From Candidatus Daviesbacteria bacterium (GTDB lineage Bacteria; Patescibacteriota; Microgenomatia; Daviesbacterales; UBA10151): a stretch of 64,000 nucleotides of DNA. The notes beneath the pieces are model-generated. The model ran no database searches. It was not told the DNA's origin and saw only the letters and a program-made list of their open reading frames with translations. Positions within the stretch are counted from its first letter, which is position 1; every line of letters starts with the position of its first letter. Of this stretch, positions 49,501-54,841 are shown piece after piece. The DNA is taken from NCBI GenBank assembly GCA_028687915.1, contig JAQTZF010000001.1:546634-610633 (forward strand), read 5' to 3'. The translations under genes were made by a program, and so were the position numbers.

Positions 49501-51099
49501 CTAAGTAATGGGTCTTTAAGTATTTTGTTACTTAATAATAGTAGTAATTCTTCAAATATGACTGTTAAATTATCCGGGTTTACCCCATCCGGTACTGCAA
49601 CACTTCGACAATATGATCAGGCTCTTTTGGGAACGAGTTTTAAGGAGTATCCAAAAGATTGTTCTCAGAATCAACCCGCTTTACCTCAGGATTGTTGTAC
49701 TCACGGAGCAACCAACCGAAACGGTGGACCTCAAACACCACCCAGACAATCATCTTTAAATGGTATTGGTAATCAGTTTAATATTTCATTGCCAGCAGAT
49801 AGTTCAACTATTTTAGTGATACCATCATCATCGGGAACTGTAACACCCACTCTCACATTAACACCAACAATAACTCAAACTTCCACTCCGGTACCCACTT
49901 TAACTACTACTCCTGCACCAACCTCTCCTCCAACTGGGAGTATGTCTCCTAATATGATAATTTCGCGAGGTAAAACAGTATCTGCTTCATCTGGAGATGG
50001 ACAAAGCCTGGTTAATGGAATTTATAATGATTATGGTTGGAGACCTGGAATTCCTACTGCTTCCAGTCCTGCCTGGATAGCAATTAATATAGGATCTGGA
50101 CCATCCAGATTATTATTAAATTGGACTAATACAGCTAGCTATAATTACACAGATACAGGTTATGGAACCCCAAGTGACTATGTAATTCAAACATCTGGTA
50201 ATTCAACAAATGGAAGAGATGGAACATGGTCAAATGTGGTAACTGTAGCTGCAAATAATGTTAGAAATAGAGCTCACAGCTTTGATTTTAGTGGTAAAAG
50301 CTGGGTGAGGTTATATATTACAAAGACTACTGCAAGCAGTTGGAATAATATGTATGGAGTTGCTTTGGATGAAATTGATATTCATGATGTTTCACGTTCA
50401 TCTTCAGATACTTGGTTTTTTATGGGTGATAGCCTTACCGCAAATGACAATCGATCGAATCAGCCTGATTATGCAGCTAGTATTAATGCCTTTAATTCCA
50501 GTTATTATCCAGCCGAAATTAATGGTGGGATTGGATTTGAAACCAGTGCGAATGGTGTTTCACATATTGATAATTGGCTTTCATTAAATCCTGATATGAA
50601 ATATTGGGCAATTAATTACGGAGGAAATGATGCTGCAGGGAATAATTCAAATACTACGAATTTTAGAAATAACATGCAAATAATTATTAATAAAATTAAA
50701 GCAGCAGGCAAGATTCCTGTGATTGCCAGAATTCATTATATTGCTGATGGAAATCATAATAATATAGCTGCTTTTAATACAGTTATTGATGATTTAGCTA
50801 GGACAAATGGTTTAATCCCAGGGCCGGATTTATATACCTGGTTTTATAACCATCAAAATGAATTAGGTCCTGATCGTTTACATCCAAATAGTTTAGGATC
50901 AGTCTCTATTAACAGATTATGGTCAGAAAGCATGAGAGGACTTTATACAAATGCTGGTTCTGCAAGTACAAGCACTGTTGCCAGCACGACAAATAATGGT
51001 TTTGGAATTCAAACAATTACAGATTTTGGTCAGACAGCTGTTCAAACTATACAAGATTTTGCAACTCAAGTAATCCAACTTTATAATCAACCAAAATAG
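46513..51099 (+). CDS. Giant membrane-anchored multidomain polysaccharide-active enzyme
   Basis: - An N-terminal TM helix anchors the protein.
- Two CBM-like beta-sandwich repeats of about 190 aa follow, each with the pattern YSDSL..GW.NWSWS...FYINGG...NNYIEGG..AANQW.KV.IPLS.LKGSVL.
- Pro/Thr-rich linkers (TPTPTLTSTPTVTPIPT and TPTLTLTPTITQTSTPVPT) separate the modules.
- A clan GH-A (beta/alpha)8 glycoside hydrolase carries YWEVGNE and LNLTEWGP.
- An F5/8 type C (discoidin) domain is present.
- A C-terminal SGNH/GDSL esterase carries FFMGDSLT, GGNDA and DRLHPN.
- The ATG at 46513 is preferred over 46486. Confidence 0.7.
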   Translation: MDSLQKADNRLHRFIRRFSKKHLILFVLILSVISISMVVFIGNQLNPSVSIASESLIYSDSLSSGWYNWSWSANIDFFSTTIVRSGNTSIAFTPQAWGGLSPAMASGTLDTNPYTNLRFYINGGSAGGQRLNIEIRNGDIVGPSININNYIEGGSIAANQWRKVDIPLSILKGSVLTNGIINRIALKEALGISESTVYIDDLGFYTAAVLTPTPTLTSTPTVTPIPTNTVTPSPTSSISSPVIYSDSLAKGWANWSWSSTVNLSSTKNSYSGNRSIAFTPAGGGGFSPALTSGSFDISPYNQITFYINGGTVGNQLFALELRDSSTIGPRVPINNYIEGGRVAANQWKKVAIPLSVLKGSVLGNSINRLALVSTSGSSQDTVYLEDIIFVNGSDIITPLPTSTIIPTITPTPTLSITPTRINTPTPTSVITVSPSPTVTAPPITEVCTASLAAWSASANPVIEGTLTNLNVITSGNCDGKTVSFEVWAATGVAGVGDTRSRVSPSNAVIVNNQATGSWVAEYIQPAQVGVFQQIVSFFENIITPQAATASEYYFKVNMVGDTHTVTSADPKMVVNQQPPVPSGDVVSINTESTVGTISADFYGNNLTPYGGPSMTKNQNFINKVAPLKYNTIRIPGGYEADGYHWWNGTMQVLADRGYMWTGTPPQLVDYLYFTESVGAKPMITVNYRSGTPREAANWVEYMNSPVPANPGAGWTTSSYAGNQAAPKGYFAWLRAQPGPTTTCKVCAGHPAPYGAKYWEVGNEIYYHRDGNRNLIDNPEHYAVAYVPFADAMKAVDPSIKVGFVMEAYDKYVGSWTDRSIKALAANNTLGKVDFLVVHWYRYWDDGSYNTWGIERQQNAAYGHNDFVKYAGSYPKIAADWMRGLLEAASPGSSNRIELNLTEWGPNSGEPCDWDVLSIYSHLFAMRTLAEAQLSNYFSTTYWNINQGTSNFSMIQDNYQVGPIYWAFDMMKDFGRGGDKLVSASSGNPNVYTYASKLSNGSLSILLLNNSSNSSNMTVKLSGFTPSGTATLRQYDQALLGTSFKEYPKDCSQNQPALPQDCCTHGATNRNGGPQTPPRQSSLNGIGNQFNISLPADSSTILVIPSSSGTVTPTLTLTPTITQTSTPVPTLTTTPAPTSPPTGSMSPNMIISRGKTVSASSGDGQSLVNGIYNDYGWRPGIPTASSPAWIAINIGSGPSRLLLNWTNTASYNYTDTGYGTPSDYVIQTSGNSTNGRDGTWSNVVTVAANNVRNRAHSFDFSGKSWVRLYITKTTASSWNNMYGVALDEIDIHDVSRSSSDTWFFMGDSLTANDNRSNQPDYAASINAFNSSYYPAEINGGIGFETSANGVSHIDNWLSLNPDMKYWAINYGGNDAAGNNSNTTNFRNNMQIIINKIKAAGKIPVIARIHYIADGNHNNIAAFNTVIDDLARTNGLIPGPDLYTWFYNHQNELGPDRLHPNSLGSVSINRLWSESMRGLYTNAGSASTSTVASTTNNGFGIQTITDFGQTAVQTIQDFATQVIQLYNQPK

Positions 51100-51268
51100 A
51101 GAGTTTTAATTTTAGAGCGAGAGATGCAAGTTATTCCGAACTCTTTCTGCCTCAAATACTATCTCATTTTAACAATTTAATGGAGGTGTATTTAAACTGA
51201 AAAAATTGGGGTGATAGTCCTCTTACTGCTTAACACTGTGTACTATGAAAATCTATCTAGAAAAAGAG

Positions 51269-51538
51269 TTATAACTTCAGCAATATATCCCCAAAAGCTA
51301 TAAGAATAAAAATTAAGCCAACAAAAAAGTACACCAAACCTACCATTGTGGCTTTTCTACCTTTTAGATTCCTTTCTCCTATAATTTGATAAAGGATTTT
51401 ATCTATAATGCTTCCAATTGATTGATCATTAAGTTTTCGTTGTTTACTTAATAATGTTGGTATAGCATCAAACCAGGTAAATAACCCAAACACGAGAAAA
51501 GCCCAATCTAATCCACTTAAACGATTAATAAATTCCAT
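51269..51538 (-). CDS. Small hydrophobic protein (2 TM)
   Basis: It is an 89-aa ORF with two hydrophobic helices and no recognisable motif. Confidence 0.25.
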   Translation of the reverse strand: MEFINRLSGLDWAFLVFGLFTWFDAIPTLLSKQRKLNDQSIGSIIDKILYQIIGERNLKGRKATMVGLVYFFVGLIFILIAFGDILLKL

Positions 51539-51593
51539 AAGTTTAAATTACCTTTTTTGATAAATGACTATTTTATTGTAATATATAATTAAT

Positions 51594-51977
51594 ATGTTTA
51601 AAAGAAATTTCCTTTTAACAATGATTTTTGGCCTTGTTCCTTCCTTTTTTCTTTACAGAGCTGTTTATGGTTTTCTACACGATCAGGTTGTTTGGAAAAA
51701 TTTAGGATGGTCTGTTTCCTCTCGTTTTTATTCTGGCAGTGGTCTAAAAATACAAGCGCTAGAGGATTTGTTAATCTATTTAGGTTTTGTATTATTCTTT
51801 AGCTACCGACTTAATTCTAGTGAAAACTTAGTAGGAGGCAACGGATCACTAGATAAAAGGTTTGTAACTTTTTTCACTCAAGCATTTAACCCATCCACCT
51901 TATTTATCATCATTTTAGTAAGTATTATTTATCTACCATTAGTTTTTCTACTTGGGCAATCTATAAACCCTTGGTAG
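51594..51977 (+). CDS. Small membrane protein, unknown function
   Basis: It is 127 aa with N- and C-terminal hydrophobic helices. Confidence 0.25.
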   Translation: MFKRNFLLTMIFGLVPSFFLYRAVYGFLHDQVVWKNLGWSVSSRFYSGSGLKIQALEDLLIYLGFVLFFSYRLNSSENLVGGNGSLDKRFVTFFTQAFNPSTLFIIILVSIIYLPLVFLLGQSINPW

Positions 51978-52072
51978 CAAATACTAACCGCTTTTATGTT
52001 TATTTAGCCAAACCACTATTTCGAGCCTAAAATCAATAAAAGGGACTATTCTGGGGACACTGTCCCGTCTGG

Positions 52073-52143
52073 AGCGGGGTACGAGAATCGGACTCGCTTC
52101 TCTACCTTGGGAAGGTAGCATACTACCGGTGTACTAACCCCGC
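52073..52143 (-). tRNA. tRNA-Gly (anticodon CCC)
   Basis: Reverse-complemented, it folds as GCGGGGT-TA-GTAC-ACCGGTA-GTAT-G-CTACC-TTCCCAA-GGTAG-AGAA-GCGAG-TCCGATT-CTCGT-ACCCCGC-U. The U73 discriminator is typical of Gly. C55 in the T-loop is unusual. Confidence 0.65.
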
Positions 52144-52352
52144 ACGAATAATTTCTTGAACCCATTCCCGCCTTTATAAGACTTTATTTGTTTTTCTCTT
52201 CTGCAACATTCAAGATATTCATTATACTCTTCCGTGTAGACTACCTCCCATATTCCTTTTTGTCTTGTAGATTTAGTATGCCCTCTATTATGTTCAGAAA
52301 GGCGCCTTACTAAAAACATCTGACTGGCTTCTCTATCTTGGGAAGGCGGCAT
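52134..52352 (-). pseudogene. Decayed GIY-YIG (UPF0213/YhbQ-like) nuclease gene lacking the N-terminal GIY motif; its 3' end overlaps tRNA-Gly
   Basis: FLVRRLSEHNRGHTKSTRQKGIWEVVYTEEYNEYLECCRREKQIKSY aligns to the C-terminal two-thirds of the intact copy at 54231-54494, and about 23 N-terminal residues (the GIY-YIG block) are missing. The first 9 codons of the track ORF are read from the degenerate tRNA copy. The stop TAG is tRNA-Gly positions 8-10. Confidence 0.6.
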
Positions 52353-52375
52353 ACTACCGGTGTACTAATCCCGCG
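52328..52375 (-). repeat. Partial diverged duplicate of tRNA-Gly(CCC) 5' portion (acceptor 5' strand, D-arm, anticodon loop) upstream of the GIY-YIG remnant
   Basis: The reverse complement GCGGGATTAGTACACCGGTAGTATGCCGCCTTCCCAAGATAGAGAAGCC matches tRNA-Gly positions 1-48 with a disrupted anticodon stem. Confidence 0.7.
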
Positions 52376-52413
52376 TTAACTTATTTCTGAATAATTATAC
52401 ACTCAAATTTAAA

Positions 52414-53088
52414 TTAGCGTGGGATTTTTAACACCATTCCTGGTTGGATGAGATCAGGGTTTGCGATATTGTTTGCTTCAGCGAGTTTGTTGAATTGCAT
52501 AATATCACCATAAGCTCTTCCAGATATTTTTGATAACCAGTCGCCTTCAACTACTGTATATGTATTTCCAGTAATTTTTTCACCCCAAGTTGTTTGGTTC
52601 TCTGAACCTCCTGTTGCTATTTCATTTGTGGTTGAGGCAGATGAAGTTGCAGTTTGAGTTATAGTTGGGGTTGCAGCTGCAGTTGTTTCTTCAAGCTTAG
52701 GAATTTCTAAAACTTGTCCGGTATTAATGGAGTCTGCATTAGTTAAATTATTAGCTTTAGTTATCTCAGTATATTTAAATCCATTATTATAGTATTTTTG
52801 AGCTATTGTAAATAAAGTATCTCCATTCTTTACTGTGTATTTTCCTGGTAAATTATCAGGTGTTACATCAGCCTGGGCTGTTTCTTCTATTTGATTAGAA
52901 GGACCAATGGTAGCTTTGTTTGTTTTAAAATAGTTAAATACTAAAATTCCAGCAATTACTACTATTAATAAACCCAAAACTAAACTTAAATAAGATTGAT
53001 CTAGTTTAAGTTGTTCTTGAAGTTTTTGTAATAATGATTGGTTTTTGTTTGTTATTTCGTTGTTAACAGTTTTTTTAGATCTTGGCAA
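52414..53088 (-). CDS. LysM-domain peptidoglycan-binding protein (2 LysM repeats), membrane-anchored
   Basis: YTVKNGDTLFTIAQKYY and YTVVEGDWLSKISGRAYGD...VLKIPR are LysM motifs. An N-terminal TM helix and a Thr/Ala-rich linker are present. Confidence 0.7.
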   Translation of the reverse strand: MPRSKKTVNNEITNKNQSLLQKLQEQLKLDQSYLSLVLGLLIVVIAGILVFNYFKTNKATIGPSNQIEETAQADVTPDNLPGKYTVKNGDTLFTIAQKYYNNGFKYTEITKANNLTNADSINTGQVLEIPKLEETTAAATPTITQTATSSASTTNEIATGGSENQTTWGEKITGNTYTVVEGDWLSKISGRAYGDIMQFNKLAEANNIANPDLIQPGMVLKIPR

Positions 53089-53321
53089 TTAAATTCACCT
53101 CCTTTTTTATTGGGCAGAATTCGGGGCAGAGCAAAAACATTACTTTGAGCAGAAAAATTATGTTGATTTATATTTAATTGATTCAGGAATTTTTGTCAAG
53201 TGGATATAATATATTTGTGGGCTTGAAGCAAAAAATCTGGAACTCTTATTCAAATGTTTTGTACATCAATATAAAGTGTTAAATAGCTTACAAATTTTTG
53301 CCTAAATTGTTATAGTTAGGT

Positions 53322-53711
53322 ATGGATAACCTGACATCTCCGAATTCCGATAAAGTTTTTTATGAAGATGAAAAAGTTTATGCTTGTTTAGCAAGTTTTC
53401 CAATTACAAAAGGTCATTCTATAGTAGTTTGGAAAAAACCAGTAACAGATTTACACCTATTATCAAGAGAAGATTATGAATATTTAATGAACATAGTTGA
53501 TAAGACTAGAGATACTTTGATGAAGGTTATGAAAGTAGATAAAGTATATTTAATGTACATGGATGAAATTAAGCATGTGCACTGGCATTTAATTCCCAGA
53601 CACAATTTAATGGGATTTAATTTATTAAAACACAAGCCTAAAAAACTTACTTCTTTTAAACTTGTTGAGAAATTAACTGGTATGAAAGAATTAGCGAATA
53701 ACAATAGGTAG
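53322..53711 (+). CDS. HIT-family (histidine triad) hydrolase
   Basis: KHVHWHLIPRH is the HxHxHxx histidine-triad motif. It is 129 aa. Confidence 0.65.
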   Translation: MDNLTSPNSDKVFYEDEKVYACLASFPITKGHSIVVWKKPVTDLHLLSREDYEYLMNIVDKTRDTLMKVMKVDKVYLMYMDEIKHVHWHLIPRHNLMGFNLLKHKPKKLTSFKLVEKLTGMKELANNNR

Positions 53712-54113
53712 AATTTTTCTTTTATCAATAGGCAATCCTAATCGTTTGCTAGTTTCTTGCAGCTCTGTTTCTAACGATTCAGCATCTAGCTCTATTACAT
53801 CTGCGTAGAAGTCTTCTCCTCCACCGGACATTTGATCAAAAGAAAATAAAGAAAAACTCAAAATAGTTCCTGCAGAGCCTGACTCCCTTCTCAAAATTTC
53901 AATTTGACGGTAAATAGAAGCACCTATTTCAGGAGTTTCCCCTTTTATCACTACTTGTCTGCTAGTGTAACCTTGTTCAACTAATTCCTGTAGGGTTTTA
54001 GAGGCTAAACGATCTATTTTTAAATACATGTTATTATCCAAAAAATCAATCTCTTCGTCTATCTCTATTTTAAATTGTTCAAATTCATATGGATCAAAAT
54101 CCGGCTGACTCAT
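53691..54113 (-). CDS. Hypothetical acidic protein
   Basis: It is a 140-aa ORF with no recognisable motif. It lies immediately downstream, in tRNA orientation, of tRNA-Asp. Confidence 0.3.
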   Translation of the reverse strand: MSQPDFDPYEFEQFKIEIDEEIDFLDNNMYLKIDRLASKTLQELVEQGYTSRQVVIKGETPEIGASIYRQIEILRRESGSAGTILSFSLFSFDQMSGGGEDFYADVIELDAESLETELQETSKRLGLPIDKRKILPIVIR

Positions 54114-54167
54114 TAGTAAATTATATCTAAATATTATAGGTTATTCAAGAAGTAAAAACCTATCTAG

Positions 54168-54240
54168 CGGGACCGACGGGATTCGAACCCGCAACCTCTT
54201 CCGTGACAGGGAAGCGCTCTAACCATTGAGCTACGGCCCC
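54168..54240 (-). tRNA. tRNA-Asp (anticodon GUC)
   Basis: Reverse-complemented, it folds as GGGGCCG-TA-GCTC-AATGGTTA-GAGC-G-CTTCC-CTGTCAC-GGAAG-AGGTT-GCGGG-TTCGAAT-CCCGT-CGGTCCC-G. The G73 discriminator is typical of Asp. Confidence 0.8.
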
Positions 54241-54494
54241 AATAAAATGATTCCTTCTCGAATCATCCTTTCAAGTATATTCTTGTTTTTAAACTTCTTC
54301 AGTTTTAATTCAATCTTTCTGGCTTCTATCAAAGAAGAATATTCTTGATGTAATACCAGTTTTACAGGTCTTATAAACTTAAGGCTTTTAGTCTTACCAT
54401 TATTATGCTCCGCTAACCTTCGTTTAAGATCGTTTGTTGATCCAATATAGTACCGACTATTTACTTCTGATTGCACTATATAAACATAAGCCAT
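54231..54494 (-). CDS. GIY-YIG family nuclease (UPF0213/YhbQ-like, URI domain), intact
   Basis: MAYVYIVQSEVNSRYYIGSTNDLKRRLAEHNNG...HQEY.S...AR.IELKLKKFKN carries the GIY and YIG blocks, the Arg, and the Glu/Asn of the URI catalytic domain. The last codons LLGP-stop are encoded by tRNA-Asp positions 1-10. Confidence 0.8.
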   Translation of the reverse strand: MAYVYIVQSEVNSRYYIGSTNDLKRRLAEHNNGKTKSLKFIRPVKLVLHQEYSSLIEARKIELKLKKFKNKNILERMIREGIILLGP

Positions 54495-54553
54495 AATAAG
54501 GCAACCTGTCCGATGTCACATCGGACCGCTCTAACCATTGAGCTACGGCCCCA
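54495..54553 (-). repeat. Partial duplicate of tRNA-Asp 5' portion (positions 1-26, substituted hairpin, variable loop) immediately upstream of the GIY-YIG start codon
   Basis: The reverse complement is GGGGCCGTAGCTCAATGGTTAGAGCG-GTCCGATGTGACATCGGAC-AGGTTGC. It is identical to tRNA-Asp over positions 1-26 and over AGGTTGC. The anticodon arm is replaced by a perfect 6-bp hairpin. Confidence 0.8.
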
Positions 54554-54625
54554 AGACTGTGATATTGTATCAGAGCCTGGCTACACGGTCAATTAAATAC
54601 CTTCTATGGTAATATAAAGTTAACA

Positions 54626-54790
54626 TGTCTTTTGCTTTTTATTTATTGTTAACCTGTATCATTTCTGCAATTATAACGGTTGTTGGTTTTGTGAAAAATA
54701 TCACAATACTGAAGCTAATAGGAACTGTTTTTCTTCTAACTGGCATTTCTTTAGCTATTGCACTAGCTTTCTCCGTGAGAACTATGTAAA
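54626..54790 (+). CDS. Small hydrophobic peptide (54 aa, 2 TM), not in the ORF track
   Basis: The ORF ATG...TAA encodes MSFAFYLLLTCIISAIITVVGFVKNITILKLIGTVFLLTGISLAIALAFSVRTM. This was read directly from the sequence. Confidence 0.25.
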
Positions 54791-54841
54791 CAATTTTAGT
54801 AAATAGGTAATATTAGGTGGGTTTGTGATATATTATTTTTA

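Noticed and set aside
52326-52352. The first 9 codons (MPPSQDREA) of the track ORF 52134-52352.
   Set aside because: They are the reverse complement of the degenerate tRNA-Gly anticodon arm, not nuclease sequence. The homologous region starts at the internal MFLV.
54168-54553. Considered a group I/II intron or tRNA intron carrying a homing endonuclease.
   Set aside because: The downstream tRNA-Asp is complete and contiguous (all arms, G73). The inserted segment is not in the anticodon loop. The upstream piece is a duplicated 5' half, not an exon. I see no intron core-like paired elements.
43850-54600. Considered whether a prophage or integrative island was integrated at tRNA-Thr, tRNA-Gly or tRNA-Asp.
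   Set aside because: No integrase, recombinase, terminase or capsid-like ORFs occur anywhere in the window. The genes between the tRNAs are ordinary or enzymatic. The repeat geometry involves the 5' half, not the 3' end, at the Gly and Asp loci, and the Thr repeats are only about 90 bp apart.
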